DNA of 64,000 nucleotides, taken from NCBI GenBank assembly GCA_002633005.1, contig NMRA01000306.1, positions 291,866 through 355,865 on the forward strand, given 5' to 3'. A model generated the notes under the pieces. That model had not been told where the DNA came from and ran no database searches. It saw only the letters and a program-made list of their open reading frames with translations. A program made the position numbers and the translations under genes. Numbering within the stretch: the stretch's first letter is position 1; each line of letters opens with the position of its first letter. Origin of the DNA: Phoronis australis. Lineage: Eukaryota; Animalia; Phoronida. Positions 24,801-35,000 of the stretch are shown here, one piece after another.

Positions 24801-26216
24801 TCAAAGCCGATGGTGTCTACTGCGTTTAAAAGGTACGTGTACCATGGTAATATATGCTTAGCTGTGAGCAGGGATTTTAGAAGTTTGTTGTTCAGTATTA
24901 CCTCTTCTATTTGTATGTTTCTGAAATACTCATTCCACCGTGGCATTAACACTAGTGTCAGCCAAAACCGTTCTTTTGTCGAAGACCAAACTTATTCTTC
25001 GTGAAAAAGATAACAAAGGATTTGTCTCCTTCACGAAAGAGTGCTCATCTTCCTTAAAATAATTTTCCATGATTATCTCTGTGAATTTGATGCCGCAAAT
25101 TGATGAAGTTTGTTCAATGATTAAATTTTGTGCTGCGCTGCTGTCATTAATTGTAAGTCTAATAGAACTATGGCCATCGAAGTGAAAGTGCTTGTTGTAA
25201 ACGCTACGAAACCACATTAAGAAAAGCTTTGATTGGTTAATCGTGGGGAAACTGGAAATAAGTTCTAATAAATTTCATGATTAGCAATGTCTTTTTACTC
25301 CGAGAAATGAAAGTCGTGGAAGCGAGGTGGCGAACAAAGAGTTGCTGTAATGCATGCTATTGAAGCGAGCTGTGAAGGAGCCGCACAGTACAGCAGGAGA
25401 TGTGTTATTGTATCTTGTTTAACGCATGCGTGAAGGCGTGTGATCAAGATGGTTGCGAAATGATAGGCGTTTTAATAGGCACGTGCTCAGTATTCAAAAC
25501 TTGTACCAATGTGAACCTTTCCCGATAAAGTCTTATTGGAATCTTTTATGTATTGCAGTCACTTCAATCAGCACTGCTGTGCAGGAACTGTTTGGGATGT
25601 TATGTTCATATCCGATGGAAACGTTCATAACTCTTGTATGTTGTTAAAATCGCAAAATTTAACCGGGTATGTGCTGTAGCTTCCACCATGTCATGAAAGT
25701 TGACACTTGCACTCTGGACACATGAGTGCGCATCGAAAGAACGTAGCTATTTTTATGCTTTTATGACTTTGGTCAACGGAGTATATTTATTTTCGGAATC
25801 GTTTCTTGCACAAATCGAGTGTAAACGTATCACCTCACACTGCCTGATTCGTCTTTGAGATTACTTGTGACGCACATTACTGCCGTGCTTCATTTTAACG
25901 AGTAGGCATCTAACAAGGCCGTGGGAATAAAGTCGCGAGAAATCTGAAATAATAAGCTTTCGTTGTCATAGTTTTCCATTAGCATGTTAAACTTATCAGA
26001 ACTAGTGATTAATGTGAGCAAGACATGCTTCATGTACTTTCACTGCAGTCGACGGCAACTGGACAGCTTGGACGGCGTGGACCAACTGCTCTTGGTGTGG
26101 CGGAGGTAACCGAACACGGTCACGGAATTGTACGAATCCGTCGCCAATGTATGGAGGTCGCTACTGCACTGGCTTGGAGGTTGATATTGAAGCGTGTAAC
26201 ACCACTGCGTGTCCAG
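12834..26216 (+). CDS. Block B (13 exons, ~725 codons plus a short unresolved tail): secreted PAN-CLECT-F5/8C-6xTSP1 protein
   Basis: Exons 12834-12861, 13164-13430, 13699-13882, 14249-14469, 15302-15492, 15887-15994, 16419-16557, 21949-22128, 22697-22867, 23150-23323, 23621-23791, 24511-24684, 26049-26216 join in frame. Confidence 0.85.
13164..13430 (+). CDS. Exon, PAN/apple domain
   Basis: ...SEAECAILCQNVTDCKSADYYSLERNCTL...HLEMQC; C-x3-C-x5-C...C pattern of PAN. Confidence 0.85.
13699..13882 (+). CDS. Exon, C-type lectin-like domain, N-terminal half
   Basis: CAPGWQAYESPSPCYLL...MTYEEGLNHCDSLNSHLVYINDAGEK; C..GW, CY and C...HLV.I...E motifs. Confidence 0.9.
14249..14469 (+). CDS. Exon, C-type lectin-like domain, C-terminal half
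   Basis: FYWMASG...GENCVVLNC...WESANCSTKHQVICEK; phase 2 in, phase 1 out. Confidence 0.88.
15302..15492 (+). CDS. Exon, N-terminal part of F5/8C domain 3
   Basis: FSATSHANNLEAKK...CWAAAGNNPNDYVQIDFGTPRLISDYSTW|gtgagc. Confidence 0.88.
15887..15994 (+). CDS. Exon, middle of F5/8C domain 3
   Basis: GCKNIDYWTKTYNMMVSLDDSDYTCLTVPGESSCRT|gtaagg; same size and phase (108 nt, 0-0) as 3662-3769. Confidence 0.85.
16419..16557 (+). CDS. Exon, C-terminal part of F5/8C domain 3
   Basis: FEGNKDRYTSTDITPPVLPVSRFMRIKPLTFHNAKGLRVKIFGYDY; same size (139 nt) as 4473-4611. Confidence 0.88.
17169..19966. mobile_element. 2.8-kb DNA transposon relic with ~180-230-bp TIRs (CACTA/EnSpm-like)
   Basis: 17169-17351 aligns to the reverse complement of 19783-19966; both carry arrays of aaatgtaac; termini CATTG and CACTG. 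Confidence 0.7.
17771..17803. repeat. (ATT)n microsatellite
   Basis: Direct reading. Confidence 0.85.
20068..21388. repeat. ~660-bp near-identical tandem duplication separated by a single N (20727)
   Basis: 20068-20726 and 20728-21388 differ by a handful of substitutions and small indels. Confidence 0.95.
21949..22128 (+). CDS. Exon, TSP1 repeat 1 (4-Cys variant)
   Basis: NYGTWTDWGNWTSCEANATTRERYRWCNKTLPDVGRFCLGSPVQSFPCGA. Confidence 0.88.
22697..22867 (+). CDS. Exon, TSP1 repeat 2
   Basis: [41 protein letters not shown]...CDGLPPCP; phase 1-1. Confidence 0.93.
23150..23323 (+). CDS. Exon, TSP1 repeat 3
   Basis: DGNWTLWSQWSTCTATCNSSGTTTRQRSCTNPPPQHGGSGCSG...CVKPPCP; phase 1-1. Confidence 0.93.
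23621..23791 (+). CDS. Exon, TSP1 repeat 4
   Basis: [41 protein letters not shown]...CTGVPPCP; phase 1-1. Confidence 0.93.
24511..24684 (+). CDS. Exon, TSP1 repeat 5
   Basis: NGSWSDWSSWSNCSATCNSSGVMTRLRNCSNPEPQHGGTNCSG...CVKVDCP; phase 1-1. Confidence 0.93.
26049..26216 (+). CDS. Exon, TSP1 repeat 6
   Basis: DGNWTAWTAWTNCSWCGGGNRTRSRNCTNPSPMYGGRYCTGLEVDIEACNTTACP; phase 1-1. Confidence 0.93.
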
Positions 26217-26559
26217 GTTAGTGTGGTCATGTGTCCCGTCCCATATGGACACGAACGAAATCTTCCCAGGCAGGCCGATTTTAGGGCTACTACCCACGCC
26301 TGCATTTTTGCTAAAAAAATGTGTATATCTGGTAGTGACTTCAGGACTGATAGAGAACTATTTTGAACACAAATGTCATTCTCAATATGTGGAAACTATT
26401 TTTTCCAGAAAGAACTTCAAGTTCCAGATTTACTTGGATGTAATGCACAGAATCTCAACTACTGAAAACGAATTCAAAATCTGTGAAAAAAATCATTTAG
26501 TGCTTTTCTGCTGTTTTGTCGGAAGCTTTCATTTTAGCTTGACCTATTCACAATTGTAG

Positions 26560-27067
26560 AATATCGCTCGACAGCTTCGTGACGTTTTTCTGTGAGTTTA
26601 CATTTCACCCATCATCAGTTACTCTTGTTGATCCATTTGGCAGCTGACCCCTACATCGTATGGTTGCAACCACTTCACTTGTGTAATTGTACACATTTGG
26701 GTTACTCTTACGCCCTTCATTTAAGCATTATCTTACAAACAAACTTCCGTTTTATGAAGTACAGTAGGCTTGCTTTCCATTCTTACCGTCACTTGACCCT
26801 ATCCAGGATGTATTTTTACAAAAGGTAAGTTCTATAGTAGGCCCTACTTCAAGCACACCTTGATTCGTTATTTTCCCATACTCATTCGTGTGATTTCTTT
26901 AATGTGGGAGAGAGCGTGTCCTTGACCTTTTGTGGTTGGAATAAGGCGTGTGCCTTTTGGTTTGGTGGAATGGTCAATGGTGGAAAGTCCGTCCGTCAGT
27001 TGATTACTAAACTGACGCACCCATGAGTTTTCTTATCTCCCCAGAAAGGTCACCAACTTGGCATTGA
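26560..27067 (+). CDS. Candidate terminal micro-exons of block B: 26560-26582 (EYRSTAS*), or 26807-26824 plus 27045-27067 (GCIFTKERSPTWH*)
   Basis: Strong pyrimidine-rich acceptors and gtgagt/gtaagt donors; AATAAA near 27307 and 27402. Usage cannot be decided from sequence. Confidence 0.4.
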
Positions 27068-28214
27068 CAAAAAGGAAATCGAATGATTGTATAAGAAAGA
27101 GAATGAATGTGACGTTGTTGGAAGAGAAAATGACTGTTGGTACTAGTGAAAATGCTTGCTTATTTCAATTCAAATGTATAGATGTTAAAGTGTCACTCAA
27201 GGTTTGCCTAGCTTATGAGAGCTTAAATCTAACGAAGAGTGCCGGTAAGTTTTTTAATGAACCTGTGTATTACGCAATACGCTCGTTGGCACCACTTGGC
27301 AACCCAAATAAAACAATAGCCAACATTTTCGTGTTAAGGTCAAAATGCAAGATAATTTTAATGTAAACTGATGTACGTTTTAAGTCATCCAGTAGATACA
27401 GAATAAAGGACAAATTATGAATCTGTATTAGACTTTCTTGAGAAAGACACGGCAACGTTTTGTCATCTACTGCTGACTTAATGAAGTCTGTGCGACATCT
27501 GCTGGAGATAGTCGAGAATGAGATAAAGTGACTGATGGACCATGTTGTGAGCTTTCTGCAACTTAGGTGATATCAAACAGTCTTTAAAGGCAGGCCTGTC
27601 GCAACATCGACGACCTAGCCACTGTGACACCTACGACTCAGCCGTGTGTTCACCCATTGTCAGGAATCTTTTGACCTGGTTGATGCACTGATACAAACAA
27701 GGAGAAATTCTGATTTGAACATGGCGAAATAGAGTGCACTACAGTACATGTATTTATGAGTATCAGATATCCCTCCGTGAGCAAGGGGTGGTCTCAAATT
27801 TAATTTGTCACACGTCTGGGATCGAGTGTTACCGAAATTTCTCCATCTTTTATGTCGTTCTCGACTAGTTCTCCACAGATGTCATGCGCTGAGGCATAAT
27901 GAAGTCAACTGTGACTGTCGAAACTGTGCCGTTTCTTTCTTACGTAAGTCCAGCACAGATTTACAAATTTTCTTGTAGTTTCATTGCAATTTACATTATA
28001 CAGTGTGCTAGATTTTTCAGCTACGTGGAATTCCTTGATGGGGCGATTTACTGGCCTTCACTCGGAAGGCAAGGTCAGCTGGAACATTTAAGAGGTTGTT
28101 TTAAATCCCCTCGTCCCCCTCGACTCTCAACCCCGTCGACCAACGACCCATGACCTCCTCAACCCACGACCCCTCGACCCACAACCTCATCGACCCACCC
28201 ACGACAGAGCACAG

Positions 28215-28679
28215 TTTACTCTAGAGCCGCCGTCTCTAGCTGGCCTGACACGGATTAAAGCATCGTAGTCGGGTTGTTATCTGTAACCTTTGCACAAAGA
28301 GGGACGCCTAAATAGGTCGTCGATGTTTTAAATTTCTTCCAACTCGAACAAATACTCTCATAATCAAACCTTTTTATTCGAGGAGGCCTTCGTGCAGTCG
28401 CCCAAATCGGAAACTGGGCATTTTTAACACTGCACGCGCTCCTGACGGTCGCAATAAAAATGGGAGCGCGCGCAGTGTAAAAATGGTCATTTGCCGATTT
28501 GAGCAACTGAGCGAAGGACTGCTCGAAGATGAAGTTTGATTACCGGAGTATTTGTTCAAGTTGGAAGGAAATTAAGGCATCAACGTGACATGATGTTTTA
28601 ATTTTGCGGTGTATGAAGCTTCTATAGGAGCCTCACTGTCTCTACTTGGGCCAGCTAGAGAAGGTGTCACTGTCGTAAG
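28215..28679. mobile_element. ~460-bp imperfect palindromic (foldback/MITE-like) element
   Basis: Arms pair at 28233-28245/28649-28661, 28318-28358/28546-28585 and 28420-28442/28463-28485. Confidence 0.75.
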
Positions 28680-31600
28680 TTTACACTAGCTCGATTCCAT
28701 CTGAACATAGAAAAAGCGCTGACTTGAAGTACCAAAGAGTCTGGCCGAGGGCTTGGCAGGCTTTTCTTTATTTTTTCCAATTAAGATGGTGGATTTGGAT
28801 AGATTGAAAGCCAAAGACAGAAAAAAACAACGAGACCAAATCAAAATAACGGACCTACCTACGTTAAAAATGTCGGTCTCGTATGCTCTTCAGTGAATGG
28901 CAGATTCAATTTACTTTTGGGAGAATGCAGCAAAGGGCCACAAATATGTAATTTATTCAGTAAAACAGTTTGAAAAAATAAACTGTTAACTAAAAATGCA
29001 TCTCAAAATAGTATATTGTACACGAATATACGATAGAAAGCAAATAATAAAAATGTGAAATTATGTGCCTCCCGTCCACAGCAGATCAAATAATCACTAA
29101 ATCCTCTTCAACCGAGGTTTATATCAAACAAGGATTCAGTCGTCCGAGAATATTCATGGAAGGTAAACAACTACGACAATTTGTAGCCAAAAATTGCGAA
29201 TCGTCGCACAAGAAACCTTGTGGGGAATGACTCGGAACGCGAACGTCGTTTCCGGAGTGACGCATCCCTAATTCATCAGAACCTGAGCAATTAAGGAACT
29301 TGAATTGCATGTGCAACCGCTGTCGTTCGTAGACATCAGGTGGCATCACAGAGAGCTTACTGACGTGTAAACAATAGTGAGGAGCACCTGTCACTTGAAC
29401 ACTGACACCCGAATTCAAAGTACGGGCCCACTGCTATGTGGTTTCTGATGCTACAAATACACGAACATAAGATTGAAATTTAAACTCTTAAGTGCTATTG
29501 ATTCGTTCACGCTGAAGCTAAACCTCATTCATGGGCGGCTCAGCTATATCCCCCTCAGCCCCCCTGTAGTGCACCGCCAATAGACCATGTGCGGGGTAGC
29601 ACTGAAAAAAGTGGGGGGGGGGGTTGGCTATAGCCTCCCACTCCCGCAGCCCCTATGGTGCGCCGCCCATGTCATTGCCTAAAACGTTAATTATAAACCA
29701 CGTTTTTTCATATCCGCAAACTGTCTGTTATTTCACCATGTGCTTACAGTCGTCCCATACTCGCTTAAAAACGACAAGGGCCTCGTAGACGAAGTCTCAT
29801 GAATTGTGCCACATCGTTTTCGAAATAAAGCGCAGTAAATTAGTAACTACTATAATTTACACACAATTTACAACGCATTTTTAAAAGACACAACACTGTC
29901 TTAGTTAATATTAATTGCACAGGTCATTTTCATTTCATAACATCGTGTAGAACGATAATTAACAGCCTCAACATTAGACTTTGTACAAAATTACTACGTT
30001 TTCTATGTCATAATCTGTACTGTCTTAGAACTGGCATTTCACTACGCTTGTCTTACAGCGCGGAGGTAACAAAACCAAAACTTTCGCATCCACCCAGGAA
30101 ACTACCCAGAACACGCAGTTTTGAACAGAAATCTCGTGCCCCAGGTTATCAAAACAACATGGCACACACAGAAATGAACAAAGTTTCATTTCACCGCGAC
30201 ATGGGCTTTCGCCATCAGTAAAAAATTCCTATGGGTCATGATAGTGCGATCTTTTCGACGTAAATTAAAAAATTGTAGCCAACACTAGATATTAGAATTA
30301 AGTTGTCTAACTGTCACTTTCATGTCGACCGCTTGAGTTTACAGACTCGAGTGTTTTGGAAAATTCGACGGCAAAGCTAACACAAGATATTGATGGCACA
30401 AATTCATGACCAAGCTATGTTTTTGCCATGTACAATGTGCGGCAAAGCATCGGCATGTTCTAGCAAAACATAATTAGAAATATCCTCATTTGTCGAAGTA
30501 TTTCATGATGGTAGCATTGTACAGAACTTGAAATTGCACATGTCCACCATAATGTTTCCTGAATTTGTAGAAATTTTACTGAACTCTGTTTTAAGAGAAG
30601 TTTGACTTATATTGTGAGTTCATACAACGCTTAAGCAGAACTGGGATTATTTGTAAGGATGCAATGAAACATCTGTTTTTTGCTTGTGCAGCAATATTCA
30701 GTGTGAACATACCCTAAGCAATGTACTTTGTTTTACTGCAGAACAGTGAAATTGCTTCGTGCAAACAATCTGGGAACTACGGTAGTGAGTGCCCAGTGTA
30801 GCTGATGCACTGCTGTTTACTGAGACACGAAAGCCAGAGGCCGAGTTCTTACACTGTTAGTGCCAGTTGAGGTTAGAAAGGCCAGTGGCCAACCTCATTC
30901 ACTAGTCTGCAGAGCTACAGGCTAGCTTTATTTGTATGCGAATGTGGAAATTGTGACGACAGGGCGGTCACAGACGGTCAACCAGGAGTTGGGTTGTACA
31001 TGTAGATTCTGCAAGAGAAAGTCACGTCTGAGAGTGTAAGATATACTGTAGGTCTAGTTTTCAACTGGAGGACATGAAGTCAAAGTGGCGTGAACGTAGA
31101 AAGATCGGACCCTTACATGGTTGTCTTGAGACAGTTGGTCTCGTATAAATACAGCAGCGAGTCGTGTTGGGACGTTTGTGTCTAGACTGAAACGGAACTT
31201 TGCATTCACCTCTCTCGACATTGGTACAATACTAGAAGATAATTGGAAACATGGTAAAAATTAAGACTCCGCTAGAGCTCTCTAGGACTGTAACAGGACG
31301 ATATACTTTCTTTAAATTGACGGTGTGCGTGTCGTCGTCTTGTTGATTCATAATTGTCCATGATGCTGGCTGGTGCATAATGTCTGTTCTGACGTTCGAT
31401 TTGTTTATTATTTCGGTGATTTGGAAGTCGGGAATCACTTTGTGACAGTCTGGAGGTCGAAAATGACTTATCCCGATGAATCCTCTCGGATGATTTTTCG
31501 AGCAAACGCAGTAAGCCGTTCACCTGTAATAGAGGACAGGCAGCTAAACGATTAACTTGAGTTTTTTCAGAATAGCTCACCCGGCGTTTGTCGACTCTCA

Positions 31601-31870
31601 GTAATATTCCACAGACTTTACAAATATAAGTAAATAATCGCATGAAATCGCATCTCAGTGACTGAGCTGTGTTTGGTTTCTTGCAAAATCCATAAGGACA
31701 CGAGTGTGTGACTGTTACTCGAGTCACAGCTCAGCACCCTGTACGTGTACAGTAAGAGTTCGGCGCAGTGCGCACGTGGCATTGTCCACTGTTACTAAGC
31801 CAGATAGTTTTCAGATTCTGACAAGTAATATGGCAAAGTGCTTTGCTTATGGTCCATGCTGTTGATGGTC

Positions 31871-32061
31871 CTAGAATGCCTGTACTTTTCTCATGTTGAT
31901 GTCTATGACGAGCTGCAAAACGTTCTTTATCAACTGACGCATTAAGTTCATGTCAGTGGCGCACGATACGTGAACTTTAAGCGTCTTTCTGCAGTCAGTG
32001 GGGAAACTGCTTTCAAACTTGTGTTTAATGGCACCCAAACAGTCATCTGGAGTGTTTTCTC
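31871..32061 (-). CDS. G-alpha last coding exon: G5 and alpha5
   Basis: ENTPDDCLGAIKHKF...KVHVSCATDMNLMRQLIKNVLQLVIDINMRKVQAF*; 191 nt. Confidence 0.92.
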
Positions 32062-35000
32062 CTGAAAAGATGTCAATTCATTTAGTGATCTTGTCTTAGT
32101 GAATTAAAAATGATGCTGAACCCGGATTTTGCCTACAAACAGATACTAATGATAATTTACTATTTAAATCGTTGAATTAACACGAATTAACAAAGCAATG
32201 CTCTGTAAATTTTGCCAATCTGCAAAAGATTTAAATTCAACAATCCTTACAAACTCTGCAAAATCTGAAAGCGTGGTTGACGTTCGTGACTAAGTCATGG
32301 ACACACGTGCACCACCGGAATCCATTTTGTGATTCCGTTCAGACAGTGTTCTACTTGAAATTCCGTTTTATTGATCATGGTGTAGTTGAAGGAAAGGTTC
32401 AGTATGCCTTTAACAATGCAAAACCAAAATGTGGTATACATGTACATGTATATTCTAATGGGGAACGTATGGGTCATGATTCTGGGAGGATCTAACTTTT
32501 GTTAGGCAATAGCGTGCAGAAGGGACGGCGGGGGGAGAGGTTCAACGGGACGACATATACTCTGCCCTGGCCCACCCTACTCAAAATCCTGAATTCGCTC
32601 CTAACGACCACAGGACTTCTGCGCGAATGCACAATTCATATGTCTAAACCTAGTACCCCGTTTTTTCTTTTTTATTCCCCGTTTTTATTTTTCAGTAAAG
32701 GTCTACATACTGGAAAATTCGAGCACCCCCATATTTTAGGCTGGGTGCGCGCATGCACTGGATTCACAAATTAATGCTTGTAACTTAGCCGCAATGCTGA
32801 AGATGAACAATTCGCCAAGTTCCCTTCTAGTGCATCGATTTCAAAAGTTCGGACGGCTGCCATTTTTGTTTTTCAGTTTTAAAAACAGTTTGTCCTTTGC
32901 CTTACTTGTTGTTCGTTTTTTTTGCCTTTGAAACTCGTGCGCTACAAAGAGTGTTGGATTACGAGAGCAGTTATCTTACCCAGCGCGTTCAGCCAAGCCC
33001 ATGAATAGTGAGTAAGTCCCTTCCATCCGTGACGGTGCCATCAAGCCTTTGGTGCACCGAACATTTTGCTGGATACATTGTGGCAAACAGTGCACGCTTT
33101 CTTGTCCAATTGCGTGCAAATCCTGTTTGCGTTAGATTTACCCAATGTGAAAACGATCCGGGCATTACAAAATTTCTGAACGCTACTTATGTTACGATCA
33201 GGTTTAAGGGACCATTTATAGTTAACGCTGAACGAGCACTCGTTTTACGATAGTTTCACGAACGACATGACAATTTCCTTAATAAAGGAGATACTAAGTC
33301 ATAATTGATAATTTAACCCAAAACTGATTTCGTCACCCAAAGTCGGTGAAGGTCTACAGGGCATTATTTTGTTCAGGAATCGTGTTATAAAACCGTGGTC
33401 TAATGTGAATTGACCGACATGGCTTCAACTATACGGTATTGGCTCACCTTTAGGCCAATGGGCCCATATCCAAAATAATGCCTTTTTCGCAGTTTTTTAC
33501 CCATGGGGTTTGGATATTTTTGCATGCGCCTAAGCTTCGCGTATACGCACCGTTTCACACAGACGTGGATGGGCCTAATAGCGCTGCATTACGGCATGGG
33601 CCAATTTGTAGAACCATGTTAATTTATTGTCTTTTTTAGCCCCCAGTTTCAATGTCGATCCGAACCTACGTTGTGAAATTTCAAAATGGAGAATTGTAGC
33701 GTATTCCTGTAGTCCATCCGCTAAGAATACGTTGTGGATATAGTAATTTGAATTTCTCCGCAGGTTTCAGTGCAAAGGGTTGGACAAGAGATTATAAAAC
33801 CTTAACAACCAAATATCTAAATTCATCGTTTTGGAAGTCGCATGACTGGCCATTGGGCTGAACTTCTGGCTACGAAAATACGAAAAAATGTTCAGGAAGT
33901 AATTGGGTGTCGAATTGGGCATACACTGTAGTCACAGCCTCACTAAATACTATTTTGCAAGTCCCTCCGTTTACGTCTTACCTATGTAATCCGGGAAGCA
34001 GGAGATTAGCGGGTACTTCTTCAGTTTTTCCCGAAAGAGGTCGTTCTTGTTTAAAAACAATATGGTGTTGGTGTCCCTCAGGAATTCATTGTGCACTACT
34101 TCTTGGAAGGCTTGTAAACTGTCTTGCAAGGAATTCTGGAAATTGATCGATATGAAGTACTTCATTCAAAAACATTTGGCACGTGTAACCTTTTGTCTCA
34201 CTTTGCGTTAATTGCAATAGATCTGAACCCGAGTGGTAGGCCTATATGGAATGTGCAGTAGGTCTACATGAAAGTATACGAGACGTGCCGCTCAGATTCT
34301 CGGCCAAACAAGTTACAAAATGGCGCACATGACACGTCAGGACGTCCACAGTCAGTATTCAGGTTTGTGGTTCTTGTAATTTGAGGGGTCAAAAACGGTG
34401 CAACCGCTTGTGTCAATTTTAAAACAACATATATACATTGTGTTTAGTTAGACGAGATTAAGTTGCGAACAAAAGGCATGGCAATTTTTAAATGAGTTTG
34501 GCGATATTCGCTTTTTCGATGCTACTAGCTCAAAACTTGAAGATCAACATAACGGGTACAGAAATGTATAGTCGTGCGTTATCACTTTGTTTCGCAAATT
34601 TGCATATCTACATTTAATGCACTGTTATCGCATCAGAAGCCGTTTATAGCATTAATTTTTAAAGGTCCGCTTTCAGCCACACCAACAAGACAAAAACGTG
34701 CGTTTGAGTCAAAGCTATAATGTTCTAGACAAGAATAGCCCTTATTTGAAAGTTTTTTTTTCCGGCCTTATCAAAAGTTGCTTGATGCATGTGGTAATGG
34801 TTGTGATTGAATTTTGTGTAATAAACACAACTTAATGATTGAAATCATGTTGAACACACTAGTTTCGCTGGACAATGCCAGTTTAAAGGCTTAATGAATA
34901 GTACCTGATTTTTCTGTAACTAATGTTTGCCGGGATTTTGAGTACGTCCAATTTTGGAATTGTGTCTTTTATGTGAAAAGTTACATCGACCAGATATAAC

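Noticed and set aside
24368-24952. 194-aa minus-strand ORF and similar antisense ORFs over TSP1 exons
   Set aside because: Shadows of the + strand exons.
31272-31727. 151-aa minus-strand ORF
   Set aside because: Lies in the presumed G-alpha 3' UTR, has a non-ATG start and no recognisable motif.
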